IMG/VR virus record: IMGVR_UViG_3300043409_001052
Coordinates: 1 to 39,330 of that record
Strand: one strand, 5' to 3'
Origin: a virus
Lineage: Duplodnaviria; Caudoviricetes
Length of the DNA stretch: 39,330 bases
The notes beneath the pieces are model-generated. The model had not been told where the DNA came from and did no database searches. It saw only the letters and a program-made list of their open reading frames with translations. The position numbers were made by a program, and so were the translations under genes. Below are positions 17,843 through 27,278 of this stretch, piece after piece. The first letter of the stretch is position 1; every line of letters starts with the position of its first letter.

Positions 17843-19833
17843 CACACGAAGACAGATTGAAGGGCGCTCGCGCCTATATCGCTAAGCTACCCCCTGCTGT
17901 CTCTGGACAGGGTGGGCATCCAGCAACTTATCGAACCGCGTCGATCCTGGCGCATGGTTTTGATTTACCATACACAGACGCCTGGGAGCTTCTGGAGGCA
18001 TGGAACCGTACGCATTGCTCACCGCCTTGGTCTGAGAAAGACTTGAAGCATAAGTTGAACGACGCGTACGTAAAGCCGCACACTAATCCGAAGGGCTGGC
18101 TTGATAACAAGAGCCGTGCAGTAGGTACAAACGGACGAATGATTTTTGATGCTAAGCGTATTGCTGAGATTGTATTCGGTGCAGTTCCGTTAACCACGGC
18201 TGATCTATTGATGGCAGCCTTTAAGGACGATGACATTATCTGTATCACCAACGAGGCTGGCCAAACAGAAGATGGCCGATGGTTCCCAGCGTCAAAGGGT
18301 ATGTTCCTTACTCGCGCTGAATGGTTCACCAGGTTCTTTGGGCCAGCACCTGTTAACAAGGTTTACTTTAATGATAGTGAGGCTGGTGCCTGGGTTCGCA
18401 TTAACCCTTTTACCAAGGATGACTTTAGCGGTACTGACACTTCGGTTAGCGCATACCGCCACGTATTAGTTGAATTTGATAAGCTGCCTAAGGACGAGCA
18501 GATTGCTATATTCAATCAATCTAATCTACCTATCACGGCGCTTATTGATAGCGGTGGCAAGTCCGTCCATGCATGGGTTAGGGTTGACGCACAAGACAAG
18601 ACTGAATGGGAAGCGCGTAGAGATGCTATATACGAGTTCTTGGCCGACCATGAACCAGACCCACAGAACAAGAATCCGTCGCGCTGGTCACGTTTAGGTG
18701 GCATCATGCGCGGTGCAAATGAACAGAAGATTCTTGCTTTGAACGTTGGTGCGGTTGACTGGGATGCCTGGGTGGTATGGAAGGATGGACAGGACTTGCC
18801 AGATGAATTGCGGATGGACGAACTGTTGTCCTACGATACTAAGAATGACCCTAACCATGTCATTGGCTATGGTCGCTGGCTATGCCGCGGTGGATCACTT
18901 CTGATTACTGGACAAGCTGGCATTGGTAAGAGTTCCTTTACAATGCAGATGGCCTGCTCGTTTGCCCTAGGGCGCGAGCTGTTTGGTATCCCTACCAAGC
19001 GCCCATTGAAGATTGCCGTGATCCAGGCGGAGAACGACATCGGTGACTTAGCCGAAGCGTTCCAAGGTGTCACCTCTGCTATGGAGATGACGGCCGACGA
19101 GCGCGTACTTCTTAATGAGAACCTTAAGTTCTACACGGAGACTACTAAGACTGGAGCGGCCTTTGCCGAGATGCTCCGTAAGATCGTCGTCCGTAATAAA
19201 CTAGACTTTGTTGTTTGTGACCCTCTGCTATCTTATGTTGGTGGCGATATGAGTAAGCAGGAGGTCGCAAGCAACTTCCTTCGTAACCTAATCCAGCCTA
19301 TTCTCAAGGACACTGGCGTAATCCTTTGCTTCATCCACCATGAAGGTAAGCCTAAGCCAAAGGAGCAGACTAACGGCCAGACCTTCTCTGACCTGTCCTA
19401 CTCTGGTCTTGGTTCATCAGAGTTGGTTAACTGGGCGCGTGCTATCATTAACATTCGCAGAGAGTCCATAGAGCTACCAGAGTTCTCGTTCAATCTGACT
19501 AAGCGCGGTAAGCTTGCAGGTATGCGTAAGCCAGACGGTAAGGAAGCATTGTCTATCAAGCTACGCCACGCTGAGGGCAAGGTCCTATGGGAAGTTGCAC
19601 CGTTCGTATCCAAGTTTGAACTGCTCAAGGTCGGTCAGCAGTATGCCCACTTCGGAGCTAAGCCGTCTACGTCCCGCGCTCTTATCATTAAGGAGCTAAT
19701 GGATGACTACGGCTTGGACAGGGCGCAGTCTGAAAGCGTACTCAAAGCCCTAGTAACTAATGGGGTGATGAACCCTATTAAGATAGGCGCCGCGATGTTC
19801 TACGAGGGGACTGAGACTGACTCCATGTCCTAA
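17839..19833 (+). CDS. Primase-helicase (AEP/RepB-like primase plus RecA-family AAA_25 helicase)
   Basis: VLVEFD, DSGGKSVHAW, DPQNKNPSRWSRL; GQAGIGKS, QAEN, VVCDP, IHHEGK. Confidence 0.85.
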   Translation: MTHEDRLKGARAYIAKLPPAVSGQGGHPATYRTASILAHGFDLPYTDAWELLEAWNRTHCSPPWSEKDLKHKLNDAYVKPHTNPKGWLDNKSRAVGTNGRMIFDAKRIAEIVFGAVPLTTADLLMAAFKDDDIICITNEAGQTEDGRWFPASKGMFLTRAEWFTRFFGPAPVNKVYFNDSEAGAWVRINPFTKDDFSGTDTSVSAYRHVLVEFDKLPKDEQIAIFNQSNLPITALIDSGGKSVHAWVRVDAQDKTEWEARRDAIYEFLADHEPDPQNKNPSRWSRLGGIMRGANEQKILALNVGAVDWDAWVVWKDGQDLPDELRMDELLSYDTKNDPNHVIGYGRWLCRGGSLLITGQAGIGKSSFTMQMACSFALGRELFGIPTKRPLKIAVIQAENDIGDLAEAFQGVTSAMEMTADERVLLNENLKFYTETTKTGAAFAEMLRKIVVRNKLDFVVCDPLLSYVGGDMSKQEVASNFLRNLIQPILKDTGVILCFIHHEGKPKPKEQTNGQTFSDLSYSGLGSSELVNWARAIINIRRESIELPEFSFNLTKRGKLAGMRKPDGKEALSIKLRHAEGKVLWEVAPFVSKFELLKVGQQYAHFGAKPSTSRALIIKELMDDYGLDRAQSESVLKALVTNGVMNPIKIGAAMFYEGTETDSMS

Positions 19834-20128
19834 GTCCTAGGGCAACGGCTATGCCGATGCACGAAATGGATAGTATGATGCTCTCTGATTGGGCATCTAC
19901 TAGTCCCTTTGTCGCTGAAGATATGGCTGCCTCGTCCTTGGCTGAATCTGACATGATACCCTTGTCCGTGACAATGAGGGCTAGACCTTCGCCAGTCTGG
20001 ATCGTCGTAAGAACCGTATTGGTATGATGGTATACGCGGAACGAGGAATACGATGCCAATAGAAGAAGGCCAGCTAGTGCTATGGTTACAGGGTCTGCAC
20101 CCTTAGCGCTGGTCTTCTTAGGTTTCAT
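19778..20128 (-). CDS. Two-TM membrane protein at the end of the lysis cassette
   Basis: Hydrophobic N- and C-terminal segments; converges with the primase gene. Confidence 0.6.
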   Translation of the reverse strand: MKPKKTSAKGADPVTIALAGLLLLASYSSFRVYHHTNTVLTTIQTGEGLALIVTDKGIMSDSAKDEAAISSATKGLVDAQSESIILSISCIGIAVALGLRTWSQSQSPRRTSRRLS

Positions 20129-20490
20129 TTCTTCTTGTTCTTCGCTCTGCTTACCTGCTCCTCACCCTTAGCCTTGATATAGCGTAGAACGTAGTCCATG
20201 ACCTCTGGGCTGGCGTAACCGATGCAACCAACGGCGGCGTAGCGCAATCCTTCTGAGTGAATATAGTCCTGGGTGGCAAAGCCAGCGATGACCGATGTAA
20301 CAGCTGCGGCTAACATACGGCGTAGTATCCAGCCAAAAGACACGGGTTCCTGTGACATTAAGATACGCGCTAACATCGAAGCTGCCCCTAGCGGTGCAAA
20401 CTTTGCAATGTCATCAATCATCTTGCCGTTATCAGACATGGCTTCCTGGGCAATCTTAGCCAGCTCTGGATCTATTGGGGCTGCGCTCAT
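20125..20490 (-). CDS. Putative holin (start MSAAP at 20490)
   Basis: Three small-residue TM segments, AAVGCIGYAS motif, basic C-terminus KNKKK. Confidence 0.7.
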   Translation of the reverse strand: MSAAPIDPELAKIAQEAMSDNGKMIDDIAKFAPLGAASMLARILMSQEPVSFGWILRRMLAAAVTSVIAGFATQDYIHSEGLRYAAVGCIGYASPEVMDYVLRYIKAKGEEQVSRAKNKKK

Positions 20491-20780
20491 TTGATGTCTG
20501 CTCGTCGGTATCCCTGTTTCCATAGGACGTTGCAAATAAGGGATGCCATGTGGTTTACCTCTGTCTCGTTCAAGTCTTTATCCTTTTTTAACAACCAGTC
20601 GGAAATATGAAGCGCCTCATGAATCAAGGAATTCATCTTTTCCTTGGCTGGCTGCTGAGGGTGAATAGAGATGACGGCATTGCCATCTTCTAGTTCGGCC
20701 AGCCCATAGTACTTCCTGCCTTTGTGGCGGAGCTTGCGCTCTACCACAGTGATACTCTTGGCTTTAAGAGGCTTTGCCAT
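20487..20780 (-). CDS. Small HEXXH zincin-like protein (start MAKPL at 20780)
   Basis: YYGLA...ISIHP...SLIHEALH...ETEV. Confidence 0.65.
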   Translation of the reverse strand: MAKPLKAKSITVVERKLRHKGRKYYGLAELEDGNAVISIHPQQPAKEKMNSLIHEALHISDWLLKKDKDLNETEVNHMASLICNVLWKQGYRRADIK

Positions 20781-21474
20781 CTTCGCCAGGGTCTGAGGGA
20801 CAATTGTGAGCAATCTTGTTCCAGTTGAAGGCTAGGATAGACGCGGTAAGGGTAATGATGATACCGCTTACGATCCAGATGAAGGCGGGGGAGTCCATGT
20901 ACTGAGGAAGGGATACAACGGATGCGCCTATCGCGATACCGATGCCAGCATTCTTTTTGCTAGCTCCGAACATAATCATAGCCACTCCTGCTAGGATTAG
21001 AACACCGCCTACACCGATGATGATGGTATTGCGGTGGGTCTTCTCAGCGGCTAGGAGTTCCTGCTGCTTGGCTTCCAACTGGTCTTTGGCTTTCTGCTTC
21101 TCGGCCTCGACTTTAGACCAGAGGTCGTCGAGTGCGCGTTGATGCGAGTCCGCAACTGCTTTAGCTTTCTCATATGCTTTCGGGTCGGCTTTGTCCGCAC
21201 GTGCTTTTGCATAGGCTAGGTCTGTGGCTGTGGGTCGTGGTAGGTAAGATTGGGCAATGTCTAGCTCTGCGGACGTGACATTGGTTAGACCTTGGCGGTT
21301 AGCGTCGGCAGCGACTTGTACGGCTGCGGCGGCGCGGGACATCACTAGGTCATTCTTGTCCGCGTACTGATCCACCTGTCCTGCTTTGGTTGTGACCTCG
21401 GCAGGAGCTTCTGGACTGCGCCATAGGAAGCAACCTTGTAGGAGCAGAGTGATGGCCAGTAGTATTGTTCTCAT
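20764..21474 (-). CDS. Lipoprotein with coiled coil and C-terminal TMs (spanin-like; start MRTIL at 21474)
   Basis: Signal peptide with lipobox LQGC, Ala/Gln/Lys-rich helix, 2-3 C-terminal hydrophobic segments. Confidence 0.6.
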   Translation of the reverse strand: MRTILLAITLLLQGCFLWRSPEAPAEVTTKAGQVDQYADKNDLVMSRAAAAVQVAADANRQGLTNVTSAELDIAQSYLPRPTATDLAYAKARADKADPKAYEKAKAVADSHQRALDDLWSKVEAEKQKAKDQLEAKQQELLAAEKTHRNTIIIGVGGVLILAGVAMIMFGASKKNAGIGIAIGASVVSLPQYMDSPAFIWIVSGIIITLTASILAFNWNKIAHNCPSDPGEDGKAS

Positions 21475-21623
21475 TTGATGGGTGGGTATTGTCCAGGGAA
21501 CCGCTTGTTCCATTCTTGACGGTTCTTGGCCTGTTGTTCCTCAGAGTTCAACTTGAGGTTAACGGTCTGACTGACGCAACCAGAGACAGTCAAGGCAATG
21601 GCGATGACTGCTAAGGTTCTCAC
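21471..21623 (-). CDS. 50-aa lipoprotein (not in ORF track)
   Basis: GTG start; MRTLAVIAIALTVSGCVSQTVNLKLNSEEQQAKNRQEWNKRFPGQYPPIK; start/stop overlaps on both sides. Confidence 0.7.
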   Translation of the reverse strand: MRTLAVIAIALTVSGCVSQTVNLKLNSEEQQAKNRQEWNKRFPGQYPPIK

Positions 21624-21742
21624 TTTTTGATAGCGTCTAAAATGTCTTTGGCTTTGGCGAGTTTTCTTGAGTTGGCATTTTTAACGCCAGCGTAGAAGCC
21701 GCCAGCGAAGGACAGGGCGATGAGGATGAGTGTAGTGATCAT
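21620..21742 (-). CDS. 40-aa N-anchored membrane peptide (not in ORF track)
   Basis: MITTLILIALSFAGGFYAGVKNANSRKLAKAKDILDAIKK; overlaps on both sides. Confidence 0.7.
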   Translation of the reverse strand: MITTLILIALSFAGGFYAGVKNANSRKLAKAKDILDAIKK

Positions 21743-21933
21743 AGGAGTTCGATTTTGATAAGTGGGGAAAGGTTAAGGGGTTCAATGCCATCAGGGACGG
21801 TCACTAAGCATTCTGATTCAGATAGGGTCACAGCCCATCCATCAAAGGCAGGGAAGATGGCAGAAACTAAAGCAGGTGGGCAGGTGGATGCGTCCAACTT
21901 TCCAATAATGTATGTGATGCGATAGGTTTTCAT
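21739..21933 (-). CDS. Hypothetical protein downstream of the fibre
   Basis: TGATG coupling to the fibre gene. Confidence 0.65.
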   Translation of the reverse strand: MKTYRITYIIGKLDASTCPPALVSAIFPAFDGWAVTLSESECLVTVPDGIEPLNLSPLIKIELL

Positions 21934-23480
21934 CAGTATGTTCTAACCTTAAACTGTGTTGCAAACAAACTTAGCGTTGTTCCTGTTAAAATTGCAGAGT
22001 TAATAACTTTGATTGAAAATGCGTTTCTGTAATTTGTAGCAACCAAACCTATTGGGCCACCTGTCATTGTTAATGATGTTCCTGCTATGTTGAATGTCAC
22101 AGTCCCTGCACCGTCAAAATGCATTGTTGCTTTATAAAAAGTCCCTGCTCCTGTCACAGAAACCGCAGATGAAAGTGAAAGTGTTGTTCCATTGTGGACA
22201 AATCCATAAGCGTTTGTGCCTACAATTTTGATTCCAAAAGATTTATCATTTGGTGCAACTGTGTTTATAATCGTGCCGCCATCACCAATCACAAACCAAC
22301 CTTCACTATTTATGTCCGTTCCACCGTTTCTTCCAAACATCAAACTAACATCAAACTTTTTAGAAAAAGTAAAAGACGAGTTCCAAGAAGAACCTATTGT
22401 GTGTCCCGAAACTGTCCACCGCATCATTGCATAACCAGCGGCTGAAGTAGGGCCGTTAACTGCTTTTGAAAATGCGGTGGTTGCACTTGCTGCAGAACCT
22501 GCTCCGCTAGTTGAAATTCCTAATGAACCGTTTGGGGTCATGTCCCAGCAAGTGTCAAAAAATGCAGTCTCTAAAAGACCTTCTGCGGTAATCGCCTTAG
22601 TAGTATTCGTCCCTGCAATCGCTTCAGCCGTAGTAGCCAACTGAACCTTGCCTTCTGTGGATGTCGTAGCAGATGCAAGCGTGGTCTGATAACCATCAAT
22701 CGAAGCACCAGATGGAATCGTCACCGTTCCTGTAAATGTAGGCGAAGCAATCGTGGCGTAAGGCGACAAGTCTTGAGGGCCAGTATAGGCCGTTCCTTGG
22801 AAACTTGAGTCTGGGAATGTGATACCAGCCCAACCAATGTTTAAGTAGTAGTCAGTCCCTCCATCGTTTCCGTGCAGATTGATACCTGTTGATGAGTATG
22901 TAGCATCTACTAAAACTCCACCGTCTTGAAGATAAAGATAAGGAGTGTCTGTGCTTATCGCAAGTTGACTTACAATGGGCGCGGCTGAACCAAGTTGAAG
23001 AACATAAAAACCACTAGCGTTAATTGATATGCCAAGTTCAGTTCCTTCTACAACGGTTGTTCCAAACTTTACATTGTCCGTAGTGTTCAACGACTGGTCA
23101 AACGGATTAGGCTTATACTCTGGGTCAATGCTGACAGTCTGCGTTCCGCTATCGTATTGGATAGGTGCAGTTGCGTATGCTACGCCAGAGTCGCCAGTAT
23201 CTCCCTTGTCGCCTTTTACGCCTTGGATCCCCTGGATGCCTTGGATACCTTGGATACCTTGGATACCTTGGTCGCCCTTGTCACCCTTGATACCTTGGAT
23301 GCCTTGCGCGCCTTGAATCCCTTGGATGCCTTGTATTCCTTGATCGCCTTTAGGACCAGGGGTTGTAATTTCAGCAAGAAGGATATTAGACGGTTCAACA
23401 TTAGATGTAAACGATGCCTGGTCACCTTCGACACTCGCTATGAATGAGCCTTGACCGCTGACCGTAATGGCAAATGGCAT
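21933..23480 (-). CDS. Collagen-repeat tail fibre / receptor-binding protein
   Basis: About 19 Gly-X-Y triplets, [16 protein letters not shown] fibre repeat, beta-rich C-terminal domain. Confidence 0.85.
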   Translation of the reverse strand: MPFAITVSGQGSFIASVEGDQASFTSNVEPSNILLAEITTPGPKGDQGIQGIQGIQGAQGIQGIKGDKGDQGIQGIQGIQGIQGIQGVKGDKGDTGDSGVAYATAPIQYDSGTQTVSIDPEYKPNPFDQSLNTTDNVKFGTTVVEGTELGISINASGFYVLQLGSAAPIVSQLAISTDTPYLYLQDGGVLVDATYSSTGINLHGNDGGTDYYLNIGWAGITFPDSSFQGTAYTGPQDLSPYATIASPTFTGTVTIPSGASIDGYQTTLASATTSTEGKVQLATTAEAIAGTNTTKAITAEGLLETAFFDTCWDMTPNGSLGISTSGAGSAASATTAFSKAVNGPTSAAGYAMMRWTVSGHTIGSSWNSSFTFSKKFDVSLMFGRNGGTDINSEGWFVIGDGGTIINTVAPNDKSFGIKIVGTNAYGFVHNGTTLSLSSAVSVTGAGTFYKATMHFDGAGTVTFNIAGTSLTMTGGPIGLVATNYRNAFSIKVINSAILTGTTLSLFATQFKVRTY

Positions 23481-23483
23481 GGC

Positions 23484-23798
23484 TCAAAGAGTGATTTGAG
23501 GGACAATATTAAATACGTATGTCTGCGTGTAGACAATGGTTCCATTGATAGCTACCTTGATGTCCCAGTAAGCTGGGCCAACTGCCCATTCTGAGGTAGT
23601 ATCATTACGCATGATAAAGTTGATGCCATCTTCCGTTGGGTTAGTAACGGTTAGGTCGTGGCGGAAGCGGTCTTGATCCAGGATCGACGATGTTAGTGTG
23701 GCGCCGATTAGGTCTTGTAGGCCACCTTCTACTGGTGTCCATACAACTGGGTCAGCTACGAAGCTGCTGCCGCGTTTGAATGTAGTGAAGTCAGCCAT
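23484..23798 (-). CDS. Small tail adaptor-like protein
   Basis: FKRGSSF...DLIGATLTSSI...AYWDIKV..YTQT Ig-like pattern typical ahead of fibre genes. Confidence 0.55.
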   Translation of the reverse strand: MADFTTFKRGSSFVADPVVWTPVEGGLQDLIGATLTSSILDQDRFRHDLTVTNPTEDGINFIMRNDTTSEWAVGPAYWDIKVAINGTIVYTQTYVFNIVPQITL

Positions 23799-25747
23799 TA
23801 TACGAGTCGGGCGGGAACCCAGTAAGCAGTACCAGTATCGTCAATGACTTTAATTTCATCTGGATAGTGAGTGTAGAAACCAGCGTTTGTGTACCCAGAC
23901 GCATTGGCTTGTTGCTCACGGACGACACGAGTATTTTGAACTGTTGTATCTGCAAATGTGATACCAGTTGCCGAAGCAATGTTAAGAGTGCCACTAAAAA
24001 TGTCTATAAAATCAATGCTTGCCGCAGACCAATTTGCAGTTCCGTCATTGATGAACGCAGTCGTTTGTACTGTCGAGTCAGCGTAATGAATACCGCCAGA
24101 ATCAAGTGTGACAGGACTTGCACCACCAGATGATACTGGAGCCGTGATGCTGACAAACGAAGGACTGTCAGTTGTCTTTAGGCTCTGGTCGAAAGAGGAC
24201 TGCAAAGCATAGGTGCTTGCCGCAGTCGTGATGGTCAGATAAGTTGAAGCCGCAGTCGTGACCGTCAAGTAGTCAGCAGGAATGAAGGCCGTGTTCTGGA
24301 CGGTAGCATCTTCAAAGGTTATAGACAGTCCTGTACCAGAACCTAAATCAATTCCACCTGCCGCACCGTTAATAGCAATCTGTCCAATGAACGCAGATGT
24401 TGCACCGTATGAACCTGTATCTCCGTCATTTATAATTATTCCAGTAAATGTAGGACTGTCAGTAGTGTTAAGGTCTTGGTCGAAAGGGTTGGAGCCTACT
24501 GCCGCATAACGAGTGTCGCCATCCGATACCGTTAGGAAAGGGTTTCCGCTTGCAGGTGATACCGACGCGTTGATGGCAGCCACCGTGTCAGATCCGTCTG
24601 TCGTGACACCAAGGTTCTGCCAGAGTATGTCCTGCGTGGCAGTCGATGGCGCGTCTACTAAATCCTTACGGATGAAGCGAGCGTTTGCCACTGACTCCGT
24701 TAGCAGCGTGCCGATAGTGATTGGCGATACCGCTCCGCTTGCAATAACACCGTTAGCTACCGTACAAGCAACTTGGCAAAGCGTACGTGTTTGACCAGCT
24801 GCCGTGGAAGTGATTTCCAACGAAGCGGTCTTACTAGCTTCGCTTCCTAGGTAAGCAATCAGTTCAGATGTGGCTAGGCTGATTGGTCCAGTTAAGCCAG
24901 ATGATGCAATCAATCCAGAACCATTGGACGAAACTGCTACGTCTTCAGTAAGAACTAAGTCATACTGGAATGATCCAGTCTGTGACACTGACGATACATT
25001 TGTGATGCCAGAAACCAACAAAGCAGTATTAAAATCGTTGGTACTTGCAACAGCTGGAATTGTAGCTGACTTAGCGCCAATGGTAAGAGAGTAGGAACCA
25101 CTCTTAGGATCTGGCTCAATGGATACGCGGACTACCTTGTTTGAACCATTCCATGCAGATACGGTTGTCGTGCTTACGACAGGGGTTCCGATAGCCGTGA
25201 AAGTGTCAGCCAGAGCTAGGGGTGCTTGGCGAAGCTCTACAAAGACGATCTCGCGGGTGGACACGTCACCTGCTTGAAGTACTAGGATAGACTCATATGA
25301 GGAGGGGGTTAATGTGTCCGACCCAGCGAGAATAGAAGGTTTTGTGCCTACGGTATTCCAAGTGATGCTATAGCCACCGCCTAGGGCTGATACGGTAACG
25401 CCACCATCGGTGCTGACCGCTGATATGGCATTTAGGGCTGTTTGGACCGCAGAGGCCGCCGCGTTGAACGCTAGGTCGGATGTCTCTGTTGAGTCAACAG
25501 ACAGCCTCCATTGACCAGCCAGGGGGGCTGTAGCCACCGTTCCTACGGCTACTTCAATGGCTGCACCAGCGGGGAAAGGGATCTCGTATGGAACACGCGC
25601 AACGCCAACTCCAGCAACAAGATGCAGCTCTAGGTCTACTTCGTTACCAGCATAAAACACCTGGCCTGGGGCCGATGCCGATGCCGATGCACTTGCTAGC
25701 AACCTACCAGTCTCCGCGTTAATCCAAAGCTTTAGTGTGTTCGCCAT
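23798..25747 (-). CDS. Tail fibre/spike-like structural protein
   Basis: Ser/Thr/Ala/Gly-rich; LAFNAAASAVQTALNAI module; FDQ.L.TTDSP.F repeats. Confidence 0.75.
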   Translation of the reverse strand: MANTLKLWINAETGRLLASASASASAPGQVFYAGNEVDLELHLVAGVGVARVPYEIPFPAGAAIEVAVGTVATAPLAGQWRLSVDSTETSDLAFNAAASAVQTALNAISAVSTDGGVTVSALGGGYSITWNTVGTKPSILAGSDTLTPSSYESILVLQAGDVSTREIVFVELRQAPLALADTFTAIGTPVVSTTTVSAWNGSNKVVRVSIEPDPKSGSYSLTIGAKSATIPAVASTNDFNTALLVSGITNVSSVSQTGSFQYDLVLTEDVAVSSNGSGLIASSGLTGPISLATSELIAYLGSEASKTASLEITSTAAGQTRTLCQVACTVANGVIASGAVSPITIGTLLTESVANARFIRKDLVDAPSTATQDILWQNLGVTTDGSDTVAAINASVSPASGNPFLTVSDGDTRYAAVGSNPFDQDLNTTDSPTFTGIIINDGDTGSYGATSAFIGQIAINGAAGGIDLGSGTGLSITFEDATVQNTAFIPADYLTVTTAASTYLTITTAASTYALQSSFDQSLKTTDSPSFVSITAPVSSGGASPVTLDSGGIHYADSTVQTTAFINDGTANWSAASIDFIDIFSGTLNIASATGITFADTTVQNTRVVREQQANASGYTNAGFYTHYPDEIKVIDDTGTAYWVPARLV

Positions 25748-25757
25748 GACGATGTTT

Positions 25758-25772
25758 GTAGCCAGCAGTCAA
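25758..25772 (-). promoter_or_regulatory. Late motif copy TTGACTGCTGGCTAC
   Basis: One of five copies; 10 nt before the ATG at 25747. Confidence 0.75.
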
Positions 25773-25776
25773 GGAA

Positions 25777-26670
25777 TCAGACCCAGAACCTTGGGGTCAT
25801 GCTGTTTAAGGTCATTGTCATTGATACTGAATGACCTGTGACAATTGGGTATGGGTAAAGATTTTGAGGTACTGTGCCTGTCCAGTTGTCACGAATAGCG
25901 CCGCTATTGATTGCTCCATTGATAGTAGTGTTTGTTACAATTGGAGGATCAACCGTGAAATCAGTTTCCGTTACATGAAGCGTGTAAGACACAGTACGGT
26001 CAAAGTTATTCATAACGCCTACGGCAAATCCACTATTTCCCTTACTTAAAATAGATTTATAAGGGTCAACTGGGTACGAAACCTTAAACACAATGTTTTC
26101 ATCTTCAGAATATGATTCAAGTTTTGGGTAATCAATGCTTCCCCATGTACCGCCCCTTGTCCAAAATGGTGCGTCAAAATCATCTTGTGATGAAACATTC
26201 CAATCTCCTTCGGTTGCTGGTATACCATATGCTGGAATTGCAACTCCATAATCAGTAGATGCGCCAAGTAAAAAGGGCTCAACTATTGGATCTTGGTAAT
26301 ACACCCAAGATTGCTCTGTGCCAAACTGTTTTCCAAAGTCTTGAAAACTAAAACTTATCCCAAGATTGTATAACAAAGAATTTATAGAATTAACGTTTTG
26401 AGTTCCAGTTCCACGAATAGCTGGCTGAAGTTCTTTCACTTCGTATGTATCGTATTGTGGGAAAAGAACCCATGCTCTATCTGACCTTTCATCAGTCAAT
26501 CCTGGTCCTGGAGTTGCTATAAACATTTTCATTTCCTCGTTTGGAGGAACGCCAGCGGTTGAGTTTTCCGTTGGATGCCAATACATATAATGCAGACCGT
26601 TGTAATAACAGTCTTCGCCTTTCGAGTACGACAGGCTTGAGTCCCAAGGCTGTCCGTTTTCGTAGGCCAT
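25777..26670 (-). CDS. Tail-tip protein with N-terminal CBM5/12-like motif
   Basis: WDSSLSYSKGEDCYYNGLHY; position in the tail module. Confidence 0.55.
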   Translation of the reverse strand: MAYENGQPWDSSLSYSKGEDCYYNGLHYMYWHPTENSTAGVPPNEEMKMFIATPGPGLTDERSDRAWVLFPQYDTYEVKELQPAIRGTGTQNVNSINSLLYNLGISFSFQDFGKQFGTEQSWVYYQDPIVEPFLLGASTDYGVAIPAYGIPATEGDWNVSSQDDFDAPFWTRGGTWGSIDYPKLESYSEDENIVFKVSYPVDPYKSILSKGNSGFAVGVMNNFDRTVSYTLHVTETDFTVDPPIVTNTTINGAINSGAIRDNWTGTVPQNLYPYPIVTGHSVSMTMTLNSMTPRFWV

Positions 26671-27278
26671 TATCGGGAACTGAATGACCAGATCGCTGTC
26701 TCTGAACCAGGCTTCGCTCGGATCACTACCTGCGACGCGTATACAAGCTGATTTACACCTGTTATGACAGGGCCGTTGGCTGAGTTCTCACCAGTAATTG
26801 AAGCAAGCGCAAGATAGCCATAATTGTCTGTATCTACTAATACATCATAATTATCCAATAAAACTATCTCGCAAGTGTGAGGGAAAAACCTAACGCCATC
26901 TTTAGTTACTTTAAGTGCAACAATCTTTGTCTTGGAAGAAGTGAAATTAACAAAATGAACATATGGTTTAGGGGTAGCGTCGAGATAGTTGCCGCTAATC
27001 TTTGGCATAAAATTATTAACCGAACCTGGTCGTACGTAAACTGCTGTTCCTAAATCAATATTGTCAAGTGTTACCTTAAACGGGTAATCGTATATAATTC
27101 CGTTTTCCTCAATGGAGGAGTCCATGAACACCGTACCAAATAGACCTTGAATAGCTTTTGTAGAACTACTGTGTTTAGTTGTACCATATCCAGCCAACTC
27201 ACCCAAGGCATTAAGTTTTGTAGCGGAGAGAAGTTCTCCCGCGTGAAACATACCAGCCTTTGATCTATTGCCTTCCAT
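26670..27278 (-). CDS. Putative tail-tip structural protein
   Basis: Position; TAATG coupling; beta-rich. Confidence 0.55.
   Translation of the reverse strand: MEGNRSKAGMFHAGELLSATKLNALGELAGYGTTKHSSSTKAIQGLFGTVFMDSSIEENGIIYDYPFKVTLDNIDLGTAVYVRPGSVNNFMPKISGNYLDATPKPYVHFVNFTSSKTKIVALKVTKDGVRFFPHTCEIVLLDNYDVLVDTDNYGYLALASITGENSANGPVITGVNQLVYASQVVIRAKPGSETAIWSFSSR

Noticed and set aside
21933-26670. Diversity-generating retroelement or invertible fibre cassette
   Set aside because: No reverse transcriptase, invertase or nucleotide-level template/variable repeat pair seen
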